Source of the DNA: Verrucomicrobiota bacterium
GTDB taxonomy: Bacteria; Verrucomicrobiota; Lentisphaeria; Lentisphaerales; Lentisphaeraceae
DNA length: 64,000 bases
Assembly (NCBI GenBank): GCA_039798785.1
Contig: JBDKFG010000024.1
Coordinates: forward strand, 46,111 to 110,110
Direction of reading: 5' to 3'
In this document: in pieces, positions 34,744-44,347 of the stretch
How the letters are laid out: each line of letters begins with the position of its first letter
Numbering within the stretch: position 1 is the first letter of the stretch
Made by a program: the position numbers and the translations under genes
The notes under the pieces: model-generated
What the model was told of the DNA's origin: nothing
Database searches by the model: none
What the model saw: only the letters and a program-made list of their open reading frames with translations

Positions 34744-36201
34744 TCAGCTCGAGAAAGAGCTGCTGCTTCGCGACCAGGAGCCGCCGGACGAGCGTGAGGA
34801 GCTGGATCGCGAGGAGCTGGAGAGGAACGAACTCGACCCGGACGAGTTGGAACTGCTGCTCGAATAGCTCGGTTGGAGCGGTGGCGGGCTCATCCAGGAG
34901 AAGAGGCTGTTGCGGCGGCTCGGAGACCATTGCGCCGCGGCGGGACGGCTGTCGACGCCTGGCAGACTGCTGGAGCTGCGGTTCCATCCGTAGTGGTTGA
35001 GGAAGACAGGATACCAATGGCTATGGCCGAGATAGGTGTGGGGAGCCGCGCTGGCCTGGGCGCTTGAGCTGGCCGGGCTGCCGGAGCTGATTGCGGCGTG
35101 ACTTGCCGAGCCAGGAAGCGGCTGGTTTTGCGGTTCGAGCAAATCCATCGGGAAGAGTTTGACCGCGATGTTAGCTTCCTTGTAATCGTTCAAGACTTCG
35201 TTGAGGTCGTCCGACTCCTGCAGCTTCTTGCTGTCCGGGATGATGCAGAGGAGCGAGGTGACCCCTTGCTCCTTGAGCCGGGCGGCGTCGGGCAGGCGGA
35301 CACGGTAGCGGTTGTCGAAGACACCGCTGGAGTTGTCGTAATACGCGAGCCGTTTGGCGTCGCAGATGAAGACCGGCGGGGCCTCGGGGCGGCGCTCGGC
35401 TGCGGATTCGGCGAATTCCGGCAGCCAGAAGAGCGTGGCGCCGAGGGTCTCGTGCGCCGGCACCAGTCCCTTGGGATGCGGCCAGTTGCTGAAGGTGCTG
35501 ACCGGGGTGAAATCGGGCGAGAGGGCCGCCGCGGCGGCGACGGCTTCGGATCCGGGCAGGTCGATGAGGAGGGCCAGGCCTTCGACCTTGTCGCTGGCGA
35601 GAGCTTTTCGCAGCTCGGCGGCGCGATCGTGGGCGCGGCGGTCGGACTCGGCGACGCGCGGACGGATCTGATCCTGATGGATGCCGGAGTTGGCAGGGAA
35701 GCTGTAGAGCTGCCGCTGTTCATAGGGCTGCCAAGTCGGGCCGGGTTTCATGGTCTCGGCCAGGTTGCTGATCCTCTCCATCCAGCCGGCGCCGCCGCGG
35801 CAGTCGATTTCGCAGGCTGCCGCGTCGGCGGGCCAGGATTGTCCGGCGTCGAGGGCGGGGGAGACGGGAGGCGCAGGAGGCGTGTACGTTGCCGGGGCAT
35901 AGCCCGACGGAGAGTAGCCGGAGAAGTCGCGATGAGAGGAGCAGGGGCCAATGCTGCCGAGGAAGGTCAACAACATCGGCAAGCCGACGGCGGCGGCGAG
36001 GCAGCCTTTGGCGCCGTTGACGATGTTCAAGGCGTTCTGCGCGTCGCTCCATTCGCTGTCGGGACGGATCGACTGGCGCAGGGGGCGCGAGGCGAAGCGT
36101 TCCACCGGACTGGCCTTGGCGCGTTGCCAGCGGACGGCGAGCAGGGTGGGCGAGTCGAAGAAGGATTCAACTGCGAAAGGGGCTGGGGCGGGAGAGTTCA
36201 T
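34744..36201 (-). CDS. Hypothetical membrane-anchored protein with Ser/Gly/Arg-rich C-terminal tail
   Basis: Hydrophobic segment CLAAAVGLPMLLTFLGSIG; globular core (IDLPG, NWPHPKGLV, FDNRY); tail ending SSSRSSGGSWSRSSSSFSS; last gene of a co-oriented cluster. Confidence 0.65.
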   Translation of the reverse strand: MNSPAPAPFAVESFFDSPTLLAVRWQRAKASPVERFASRPLRQSIRPDSEWSDAQNALNIVNGAKGCLAAAVGLPMLLTFLGSIGPCSSHRDFSGYSPSGYAPATYTPPAPPVSPALDAGQSWPADAAACEIDCRGGAGWMERISNLAETMKPGPTWQPYEQRQLYSFPANSGIHQDQIRPRVAESDRRAHDRAAELRKALASDKVEGLALLIDLPGSEAVAAAAALSPDFTPVSTFSNWPHPKGLVPAHETLGATLFWLPEFAESAAERRPEAPPVFICDAKRLAYYDNSSGVFDNRYRVRLPDAARLKEQGVTSLLCIIPDSKKLQESDDLNEVLNDYKEANIAVKLFPMDLLEPQNQPLPGSASHAAISSGSPASSSAQASAAPHTYLGHSHWYPVFLNHYGWNRSSSSLPGVDSRPAAAQWSPSRRNSLFSWMSPPPLQPSYSSSSSNSSGSSSFLSSSSRSSSSRSSGGSWSRSSSSFSS

Positions 36202-36264
36202 GGCAATTCAGAGGTTGGAAGGTTGAATGGCGGAGCGGCAGGCAGGGATTGCTAGGGCGTTCAT

Positions 36265-37536
36265 TCAAGGGCTTGGACTTTCCAGCCTTTCAACCCGCTC
36301 ATTGCGGATCAAAGTCGGGGCGGCGACAGCCGAGCCGTCGGTGGCGCCGTTGGAAAATCGGGTGAAGATACCGGAGGGGCGTCCGGCGATCAGGAAGACG
36401 CCGTGGTTGGCGGTCTGGCCCTCGGCATTGGTCGTGGGGCGGAAGGCTCGTTGCAGGAGCCAGCGTCCCGGGGCGGCGGCGCTCAGGGCGGCGGCCCATT
36501 CGGCGTCGCTGCAGTCGCGGCCGAGGAACACCTCTTCACCTTCGCAGCCGTAGTCGCTCTTCAAGACCCAGGATTCGCGTTCGGCGAGGACTTGCGGCAG
36601 CGGCAGGCTTTCGAGGCGACGTGACTCCGGCAGGTGGCGACGGGCGAGCTTGAGAGTGTCGGGCTGGAAAAGCTCAGGGCATTCGAAGGGCAGGGCAAGG
36701 ACGCGCTTGTTCTGGGTGACGACCGTTCCCCAGGGGTTGATCACGGAGCAGAATCCGGCGAGCTGGGCGCGGCAGAGGACGGTGATGGGGGCGTCGAGGG
36801 GGGCGGCATCGGCGGGGGGAGCTTCGTCCCGCCAAAGGCTGTCGCGCTCGGTCCACCAGTCGGTCTTGTAGTGGCGGATGACGAGGTCAAGCGGCTGGCC
36901 GAAGAGGCGGGCTTCGCCGTCGGGGCCGCTGTCGAGGTTGAAGGGCGAGCCGAAGACACAATCCCAGCCATCATCGCGCAGCCAGGAGGCGAGGAGGCGG
37001 AGATGGAGGAGGTCTTCGGGCATTTCGGTAGGGTAGATCAGGCCCGCAAGCGGACGGCTCTTCCTTTGTTTCGCCTCGGGCAGGCTGAGGCGGGCGTAGT
37101 CTAGCCAGCGGGAGCGCAGGGCGGCGGAGGGATCGAGGCAGGAGGGGTGATCGGCGGCGGCGATGCGGCTGCCGGCGACGGTTTCGGCGAGGCCGGTGGG
37201 GGTATCGGAATTGATTTCGCAGACCTGGGGCCAGCGGGCGTCGTCGCAGAAGAAGACGTCGGCGCGGGCGAGGCCGAGCCAGCGTCCCTGGTCGAGGCGG
37301 GCGAGGACGCGGCGGGCCGGGCTGAGGCCGAGGAAATCTGCGATCTCGTCGGGCCGCTCGCGGGCGATCCCGGCGATTTCGTCGAGGACCAAGGCGAGCG
37401 CCGCGGCGGCTTCGGCGAGGAGGCCGGCCTGGTCGCGGCTGAGCAGGCAGGGTTCAGCGCGGAAGCGCAGGCGTCCGTCGACCCAGGGGTCTTCGACGCT
37501 GCCTTCGGCGAGATAGGAATCGGCGAGGCGGTCCAT
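36265..37536 (-). CDS. Glutathionylspermidine-synthase-like ATP-grasp ligase
   Basis: RADVF, CEINSDTPTGLAE, QNKRVLA, WVLKSDYGCEGEEV motifs; no CHAP amidase domain. Confidence 0.85.
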   Translation of the reverse strand: MDRLADSYLAEGSVEDPWVDGRLRFRAEPCLLSRDQAGLLAEAAAALALVLDEIAGIARERPDEIADFLGLSPARRVLARLDQGRWLGLARADVFFCDDARWPQVCEINSDTPTGLAETVAGSRIAAADHPSCLDPSAALRSRWLDYARLSLPEAKQRKSRPLAGLIYPTEMPEDLLHLRLLASWLRDDGWDCVFGSPFNLDSGPDGEARLFGQPLDLVIRHYKTDWWTERDSLWRDEAPPADAAPLDAPITVLCRAQLAGFCSVINPWGTVVTQNKRVLALPFECPELFQPDTLKLARRHLPESRRLESLPLPQVLAERESWVLKSDYGCEGEEVFLGRDCSDAEWAAALSAAAPGRWLLQRAFRPTTNAEGQTANHGVFLIAGRPSGIFTRFSNGATDGSAVAAPTLIRNERVERLESPSP

Positions 37537-37540
37537 CGGT

Positions 37541-38335
37541 TCAGAATCCTCCTGCGATGAGGAGGGAGAGGGCGACATAGAACAGACCTTCGACCGCGGC
37601 GACCCCGAGGTCGCGGCGTTGCGCCACCGCGGCATCGAGATCGGCGGCGCGGCCGCGCAGGATGAGTCGGCTGAGGAGGATTTGGCGGCAGGGCCAGAGC
37701 AGGGGGATCCAGATCAGGGACAGGGCGTAGGCCTTGAGCGAGCTGGTCCAGCCGGAGAAGGGGCCGCTGAGGGCGGCGGCGGCGAGGACGGCGACGGCGA
37801 CGCTCTGGCCGGCGGCGGCGAGGGCGGCGGCGCAGTTGCCGTCGGAGATCTCCTGCGCGTCGTCGTAGCGGGTGAGGAAGCGGTGCAGGGCGGCGGTGAT
37901 CGCGAGGGTGGCGACGGCGATGGCGGTGAAGCCGGCGGCGACGGCAAAGGAGGCTGCGTCCTGTCCGCCCCAGCTCGAGCCGGCGAGGATGGAGACGGCG
38001 AAGATCTGGGCGGCGAGGAGGATGACGGCGGCGGGATTGCCGGCGCGGGCGAGGGCCGGCAGGGCGCGGAAGGGCGAAGCGACGCTGAGCAGGAGGAGGG
38101 CGAGCGGGATGGTGAGCAGGGCGCCGCCGAGGTGGGCCGCTGACCAGAGCCATTCCGAGGCCGGGATGCGGCTGAGGGCTTCCCCGAGGTGGGAGCTGTC
38201 GAGGCGGTGTTCATTGACAAAGCTCCAGGTCTGGCGCATCCAGGAGAAGGAGACGCCGATCACCGCCAGGGCGATGGCGGCGCGAAGGAGGAAGGGGCTG
38301 GATTCTTCGGGGAGGGCGCTTTCACGGGTCGTCAT
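37541..38335 (-). CDS. DUF350-like multi-pass membrane protein (internally repeated)
   Basis: Repeated AGNPAAVI, EISDGNCAAAL, RRDLGVAAV motifs between TM helices. Confidence 0.7.
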   Translation of the reverse strand: MTTRESALPEESSPFLLRAAIALAVIGVSFSWMRQTWSFVNEHRLDSSHLGEALSRIPASEWLWSAAHLGGALLTIPLALLLLSVASPFRALPALARAGNPAAVILLAAQIFAVSILAGSSWGGQDAASFAVAAGFTAIAVATLAITAALHRFLTRYDDAQEISDGNCAAALAAAGQSVAVAVLAAAALSGPFSGWTSSLKAYALSLIWIPLLWPCRQILLSRLILRGRAADLDAAVAQRRDLGVAAVEGLFYVALSLLIAGGF

Positions 38336-38375
38336 GAAGGATTCCTGGAGCTTGGAGGAGGTGGGGAGAAAAGGT

Positions 38376-38918
38376 TCAGCGGATCGCGTGAAGGTATTCG
38401 AAACCTTCGCCGCGCAGGTCATCGAGAGTGAAGCCGCCGGCATCGGGGCCGGGGCTCATGTAGAGTGAGTCGGCGAGGACGCCGGTGAAGTTGAGCAAGG
38501 GCGGCGTCTCGATCAGCCTGCGGAACTGATTGCGGAGGAACCATTGATTCTCCGGCAGGTCGCAGCGTTCTCCGAGAGTGGTTGCGGCGTTGCACTGGGA
38601 TTCCAGCAGAAAGAGAAGGGTGACCACGACATGATCGCCCGAGGGGCATTCGCTGTCGAAATCCAAGGTCGCGACGGCCTCGAGTTCGGAGGCCCAGGTC
38701 TCGTGTTCCTGCTCGGCCTTGGCGGTGACGAAGTCCCAGACGCCGTAGCTGATCTGCGGCGTGGCGTCGCTGAGGATCAGCGAGGCCTGGCGCCAGAAAT
38801 CGCGTTTCTCGTGGGTGCGGAGTCCGCGGCGATGGTTGCGGATGAGTTCGGCGAGGCGGCGGCGCAAATCGGAGCCGGGCCCGGCCTGGATCGCGGCTTG
38901 CAGATAGAAGAGGATCAT
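38376..38918 (-). CDS. DUF1517-like soluble protein
   Basis: LQAAI..., DHVVVTLLF, LYMSP.P...GFTLDDL...YL resembling the DUF1517 C-terminal domain (from memory). Confidence 0.55.
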   Translation of the reverse strand: MILFYLQAAIQAGPGSDLRRRLAELIRNHRRGLRTHEKRDFWRQASLILSDATPQISYGVWDFVTAKAEQEHETWASELEAVATLDFDSECPSGDHVVVTLLFLLESQCNAATTLGERCDLPENQWFLRNQFRRLIETPPLLNFTGVLADSLYMSPGPDAGGFTLDDLRGEGFEYLHAIR

Positions 38919-39142
38919 GGCGTGTTCCTGTCGATGGATTTCAAGAATCTACTGGTGGCCTGCCCCCGAAAGCAAGTCCGAACTTGCCTGAATCGCGGAA
39001 TTCGGGCGGCAGATTTCCCGCCGAGCATCGCCAGTCCCGCCTCGCGGCGCTTGCGGAGCGCGGCAATCGGCGTCTATATTCGGGCCGATCAAATCCTCCT
39101 GTATTGCCCACCTACTTCACCATGATTTCCCAAGGCCGCCCC

Positions 39143-39940
39143 ATGACCCCCGAGCTGCTCGCCAAAGAACGCCGACTTGCCTCCCTGCTTCAGGGAGAGC
39201 CGTTGGCCGTCGCCTGGTCCGGCGGGGTGGATTCCAGCTATCTCGCCGCGGTCGCCGCGGAAGTCCTGGGGAGGGATGCGGTGATGGTGATCGCCGATTC
39301 GCCGTCGCTGCCGCGGCGCGAGCTGGCGGAGGCGATCGAGCTCGCCCAGGCGCGCGGCTGGACCTGCGAGATCCTGCCCACCGACGAGCTCAGCCAGGCC
39401 GACTACGTCGCCAACCGCGGCGACCGCTGCTATTTCTGCAAGGACGAACTCTTCCGCCGCATGGGCGAGTGGGCGCGCAGCAAGGGCATCAGCCGCCTCG
39501 CCTACGGCGCCATCATGGACGACATCGGCGAGCACCGTCCGGGAGCCCGCGCCGCCGCCGAACACGCCGTCCTGGCTCCTTTGCAGGCGGCGGGCCTGAG
39601 CAAGGCGGAGATCCGGATCCTGTCGGCCGGGCGCCTTCTGCCCACCGCTTCGAAGCCCTCTTTCGCCTGCCTGGCTTCACGGCTGCCGGTGGGCGAGACG
39701 GTGAGCGCAGCCAAGCTCAGCCAGATCGAGATGGCCGAGGAGATCCTCCGCCCCCTCGGCTTCAGCCAGTGGCGTGCCCGCCATCATGGCGACACCTGCC
39801 GGATTGAAATCCCGGCGTCGGAGTTCCCGCTGCTGATGGCGCGGGCCGCCGAGATCAACCGCCGGATCCTCGCCCTCGGCTACAAACACGTCAGCCTCGA
39901 CCTCGGCGGCTACCGCAGCGGCTCAGTCAACGGGGTTTGA
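39143..39940 (+). CDS. larE: ATP-dependent sacrificial sulfur transferase LarE
   Basis: AWSGGVDSS PP-loop, RCYFCK, RPGARAA, KPSFACLASR; alternative start 39122. Confidence 0.85.
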   Translation: MTPELLAKERRLASLLQGEPLAVAWSGGVDSSYLAAVAAEVLGRDAVMVIADSPSLPRRELAEAIELAQARGWTCEILPTDELSQADYVANRGDRCYFCKDELFRRMGEWARSKGISRLAYGAIMDDIGEHRPGARAAAEHAVLAPLQAAGLSKAEIRILSAGRLLPTASKPSFACLASRLPVGETVSAAKLSQIEMAEEILRPLGFSQWRARHHGDTCRIEIPASEFPLLMARAAEINRRILALGYKHVSLDLGGYRSGSVNGV

Positions 39941-41687
39941 GGGCGGGCACGGCCTTGAGGAGTTCAGGGCGGTGGCGGAAGAAATGCAGCAGATCCAAGT
40001 AGTTCCTGTCGAAGTGCTCCTCGAAGTCCTGGAGCAAGGCGCTTGCCTGGGCGTTTTCTCCGAGTCTTTGGTGACGAAGGATCCTGCCAATCCGTTGTTC
40101 TGCGGCATCGAGAGCGTCAAGCAAGGGGGGGGATTGCGTGTCGTCATGGAAGGAGGCGAGCAGGATCGACTCTTCTTGCGGCCGGCCGTTCAGGCCGAGA
40201 AGGTGAGACAAGACGCTGTCGAGATAGGCGTCATTGGAGCCCTCCTTCAAAAGGGCGGGGGCGAGCGAGGGGTCTTGCATCAGACGCAGGAGCAGTCGCT
40301 CGAAGGAATTGCCGTCGAGCAGAGGAAGCAAAGGCTTGGCGTCGAGATTCTGCCGGATCGCCAGTCGGCTCAGCCAGTCGAGAACGAAGCCCTCAGGCGG
40401 GGTGCTCCAATCCCGTCTGGCCATCCAGACATTGACTGCAGCCCGGTCAAGACTCAGTTGACGCTTGAGGATTTCCTCGAAGATCCATTCAGCGACCTTT
40501 AGGTCCTGCGGCAGTGCCTGGCAGAGAGCTCGCATAGCCGCTTCCTGCTCGGGGCCGATGGTGAGGGAGACTTTTTCGAGGAGTATGGGCAGCGCGTGGG
40601 GGGCGTCGTGGAGAGCGGCGTCGAGCTCGGCTCGGGCTTCCTTCGGCAAGCCGCGCAGAGTGAGGATGAGATAGCGGCGGAAATGCTCGTAAGCGGAATC
40701 GGCGATGCCTTGCAGATGGCACTCGACCGGATCCCGGGAAAGATCGACCGGCTTCGCGAAAGGTGCCGTGTAGCCGTGGGCAGCCAAGAAATCTCCGGTG
40801 CGGAGTTTGTCTTTGTCGTTATTGAGTATCAGCGAGGCAAGGGTCTTCTCATTTTGGCTGGAGTGGCGGTCTGACCAGATGTGTTCGGCCAGATCATCGG
40901 CCAGTCCGGCGAGGAAGGCCTGATGGAGGGCGCGCAACTCGATGATGTCGCGGTTTTTTGAGAGGAGGCGTTGCGACTCCAGGGCGAGACCGGAATCGCC
41001 AAGAACGCCGAGGAGCTCCATCAGGTGTTCCGGATCTTCGGCGAGCCCATCGGCCGGCATGGCATTCAATGCCGCCAGGCGGGCTTCGCGGCTTTCGGCG
41101 GCGAGGACCGGCAGGCAGTGGCGGACGGCGTCCAGACCTTCGTCGGCGAGGAGCTTGACGAAGGCCGGGTCTGAGAGCGCCAGTCGGGCGAACGAGGCGG
41201 AGGGCAGCCGAGACCTCTCGAGATGGGGGATCAGCGCCTGTGGCTCCAGTCGATAGAGAAGTCGCAGGAATAGCTCGTCGAGGTCTCCATCGGAGCGCGG
41301 ACGAAGATGGAGAAGCTCGAGGAGCAGACGTCGGTTGCCGGGCGTCGCTTCTGCCCATTTCAGCCAAGCGGCTTCCGGCACTGCTCCGATTGCGGCCTCG
41401 ACATGATCGATGATCAGGCTCTCAGGGCTGTCTCTTGGGTCTACGCCATTCTGATCCTCGCATTCGAAAATCGTTTTTGTGAGATGAGGCTCAAGGCGTC
41501 TCAATCCTTCCGGCCCTTGCATCTTGAGGAATTGGGAAAGAGCCAATCGGTCGAAGGATTGTTGCTGGGTGGCGCGAGTGAACTTCCTCATAGCCTCTTC
41601 GGCTTTTTGAGAAGGCTGCAGCTCCTGGGGCGGCGCTGCTGGACTGGCGGCGAGCAGATGGGCGACGAAGAGGCAGTGCGGGCTCAT
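39927..41687 (-). CDS. Hypothetical helical, Leu-rich protein, possibly exported
   Basis: Long ORF filling the gap between larE and phoD; no recognisable motif. Confidence 0.55.
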   Translation of the reverse strand: MSPHCLFVAHLLAASPAAPPQELQPSQKAEEAMRKFTRATQQQSFDRLALSQFLKMQGPEGLRRLEPHLTKTIFECEDQNGVDPRDSPESLIIDHVEAAIGAVPEAAWLKWAEATPGNRRLLLELLHLRPRSDGDLDELFLRLLYRLEPQALIPHLERSRLPSASFARLALSDPAFVKLLADEGLDAVRHCLPVLAAESREARLAALNAMPADGLAEDPEHLMELLGVLGDSGLALESQRLLSKNRDIIELRALHQAFLAGLADDLAEHIWSDRHSSQNEKTLASLILNNDKDKLRTGDFLAAHGYTAPFAKPVDLSRDPVECHLQGIADSAYEHFRRYLILTLRGLPKEARAELDAALHDAPHALPILLEKVSLTIGPEQEAAMRALCQALPQDLKVAEWIFEEILKRQLSLDRAAVNVWMARRDWSTPPEGFVLDWLSRLAIRQNLDAKPLLPLLDGNSFERLLLRLMQDPSLAPALLKEGSNDAYLDSVLSHLLGLNGRPQEESILLASFHDDTQSPPLLDALDAAEQRIGRILRHQRLGENAQASALLQDFEEHFDRNYLDLLHFFRHRPELLKAVPALKPR

Positions 41688-41777
41688 GGGGTCTCCTGGG
41701 CTGGGAAGTCTCAAGCTCAAGATAATCCTCCGAGAGCCTTGACGCCAAATTGTCAACGCCGCGTCGTCACGCCTGGA

Positions 41778-43520
41778 TCATCCCGGCTGCAGTTCGCTGA
41801 GCTTGAGAGTAATCTCGTGCAGGGGCTGGCCTTTCTGGTCGAGGAAGCTGGCGTGCAGAGTCGGATCGGCGCGGCTGTGGTCGATATCGATCAGGAGGAA
41901 GCTGTGTTTGTGGACGGCGGACCAGAGCAGAGCGGGATGAGAGACGTTGAGGGCGGGGATGACGGAATCATGCATGGGCGAGCTGATGAACTGGTACAAG
42001 GGGTAGCCGATTTCCTCCCGGCCGTAGCCGAGGAGGCGGCTGACGTGGATGTCGCCGCCGAAGAGGCTGACGCCGCCGATCCTCTCGCGCCGGATGAAGG
42101 CGAGCAGTTCGCGGCGTTCCGCCGGGTAGCTTTCCCAATGATCCTTCTCGGAGCCTTTTTTGTCGTCCCAGATCATCCCGCAGGCGAGGATCTTGAAGGA
42201 TGCGCTCGAGGATTTGAGCCCTTTTTTCAGCCATTCCCATTGCGCCGCGCCGAGCAGGGTTTTCTGCTTCGGATCCACCGGGGACGGCGCGGTGGAGGAG
42301 AAGAATCGGCAATCGAGGAGGAAGATCTCGAGGGGGCCGAGTCGAAGGCTGGAGTAGATTCCTTCCTTGCCGTCGCCGTAGCTGAATTGCGGCCGGTATT
42401 CGGCGAAGACCTGGCGACTGGAGAGACGGGAAGAGAAGCGTCCGTCGGAGTCGTTGAAGCCGAAGTCATGGTCGTCCCAGGTGCCGGCGAAAGGAATGGC
42501 GCCGAAGGCCAGGCGGAAGGGATCGAGAGCGAGGAATTGGCGGTGCGAGTGGCGCATCACCGCCAATTCGGCGTGATCGATGTAGGGGGTGTCGCCCATC
42601 AAGAAGGCGACATCGGGTTTGAGGCCGACGAAGCTATGGAGCACTTCGTGATCGAGGCTGGGGGCGCAGGAGCCGAGGACGATGCGGAGCTTGCCGCTGT
42701 TGTCGGCCGCGGGAGTCTTCAAGTCGCCGCTCTGGCGCGGCAAGCCGGGACCCTGGACTTCATAGCGGTAGAGGCTCGCGGCTTGCAAGCCTTCGAAGCG
42801 CCAGGTGAGTGTGAGGTCGTGTTCACAAAGGGCCTGAAGAGTCTGTTCAGCGACGATTCGACCTGCCGTGTCGATGAGTCGCGCCAGGAAGGGTCCGGGC
42901 TGGCCGGCGCGCAGCCAGAGACAGGCGCCGTCGGGCTTGATCTGGCCGATGTAGGGGCCGAGATGGGTGTCGACCTGGCGCGAGGGCAGGGCCTGGCCAA
43001 GTTCGAGGATCTCTTTCTCGTCGAGGGCGAAAGGCAGGCCGCGCAGGTCACCCGGCTCAAGCTTGTCCCAGACGACTCGGTCGAAGGAGCGAAGCAAAGG
43101 CGAAGCGTGATTGGCGGGGCTGCTGAAGTCCAGTTTGGCGAGCAGCTTCCCGTTGACATGGATCTGCAAGCAGGCCTCCCGGCCTGCGCTCCGCCAGACC
43201 AGGGCGCAGAGGCGCGGCCCCGGCTCCGGCAGGGCGCCACTGACCGGCTTCGAGCTTTGACGGCAGCTCTTGCCCTGCAATTCCACCCGGTCGGCTGAAA
43301 AACGGAGACGGAAGGCCAAGTTGTCCGCGCGGATCTCTCCCGCGTCGCCGGCGGCCAGTCGGAAGACCAGGCTGAATTGCTGAGGGCCGGAAGCCGGGAA
43401 GAAGTCATTCGCGAGCCCGACCGGGGGCTCGGTGGCGGCACCAGGAAGAACGCTGTTGACGGCCAGGCCGACGCCGAGCCCTTGAATCATGCTGCGGCGA
43501 TTTAGGGCGAATTTGTTCAT
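41778..43520 (-). CDS. phoD: PhoD-like alkaline phosphatase with Tat signal
   Basis: LNRRSMIQG Tat motif; GSC, MGDTPYID, WDDHDFGFND, LDCR, LGAAQWEWL, GDIH. Confidence 0.85.
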   Translation of the reverse strand: MNKFALNRRSMIQGLGVGLAVNSVLPGAATEPPVGLANDFFPASGPQQFSLVFRLAAGDAGEIRADNLAFRLRFSADRVELQGKSCRQSSKPVSGALPEPGPRLCALVWRSAGREACLQIHVNGKLLAKLDFSSPANHASPLLRSFDRVVWDKLEPGDLRGLPFALDEKEILELGQALPSRQVDTHLGPYIGQIKPDGACLWLRAGQPGPFLARLIDTAGRIVAEQTLQALCEHDLTLTWRFEGLQAASLYRYEVQGPGLPRQSGDLKTPAADNSGKLRIVLGSCAPSLDHEVLHSFVGLKPDVAFLMGDTPYIDHAELAVMRHSHRQFLALDPFRLAFGAIPFAGTWDDHDFGFNDSDGRFSSRLSSRQVFAEYRPQFSYGDGKEGIYSSLRLGPLEIFLLDCRFFSSTAPSPVDPKQKTLLGAAQWEWLKKGLKSSSASFKILACGMIWDDKKGSEKDHWESYPAERRELLAFIRRERIGGVSLFGGDIHVSRLLGYGREEIGYPLYQFISSPMHDSVIPALNVSHPALLWSAVHKHSFLLIDIDHSRADPTLHASFLDQKGQPLHEITLKLSELQPG

Positions 43521-43696
43521 AGGGGCTCCTGATGGCTTGGATCTGGTCACCGTCGATGACCCTGCCGAGCGCCCGCAAGTTCCCGCTCATTGCTAATGGC
43601 TTATTAGCCTGGCTGATACCCATGCCAAGGCGCTTCCGAGTTATGGCCTTGGCGACACGCCCTGCCGAGCGTGCTTTCTGCGCTTTTTGCTGTTCG

Positions 43697-44212
43697 TTAT
43701 TTCTTTCTGCCGTTGCGCAAGAGTCGAAGCTTGTCGGGATTGCCGCCGGCGGCAAGGAAGACCATTTCGTGCTGTTTCTGCATTTGTTCGAGCTGATGCT
43801 GGATCTGGCAGACGAGGCAGATCAGGGTATTGGCCGCTTCGTCGTCGGTCTTGGTTTCGACGATGGGCAGGAGCTGGGCGAGTCCGAATTCGGGGCGGGA
43901 GCAGGCTTTGCGGGCGTCGCGGGTTTCCTGGGAGTCCTTGTCCCAGTCGAGGAGGCCGTTGCTGCGCAGGAAGTGGCGGAGGACGAGGTTCACCGCGTCG
44001 CCGCGGACGATCGCCTTGTCGCAGAGCGGCAGACGTCCTTCTGGAGTGCCGGCGTCGGTCATTTCGGCGATCCTGTCGTTCAATTCCGAGCAGTTCTTTT
44101 CCATCTCGGCAGCAGCGGGAGCAGCGAGGAAGCGGCGGGAGAAGGCGGCCGCGGCCTTGTCGAGGAGTTGAGCTTTTTCACGGACGGCTTCGCAGGAAGG
44201 GATTGTGGACAT
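43697..44212 (-). CDS. Hypothetical protein
   Basis: ORF with GGAG SD and genome-like codon usage. Confidence 0.5.
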   Translation of the reverse strand: MSTIPSCEAVREKAQLLDKAAAAFSRRFLAAPAAAEMEKNCSELNDRIAEMTDAGTPEGRLPLCDKAIVRGDAVNLVLRHFLRSNGLLDWDKDSQETRDARKACSRPEFGLAQLLPIVETKTDDEAANTLICLVCQIQHQLEQMQKQHEMVFLAAGGNPDKLRLLRNGRKK

Positions 44213-44347
44213 GGGGGCTCCGGTTTTGTGGAATCCAAGGTAGCTCGAGATCGATCTCACGTGAAGGCGCGGGGGCGCGAATTTTCGAGCTGTCCCGCGA
44301 AGATGAATTCGAAGTGAATTCAGGATGAAGATGGTGAATCCCCCCGC

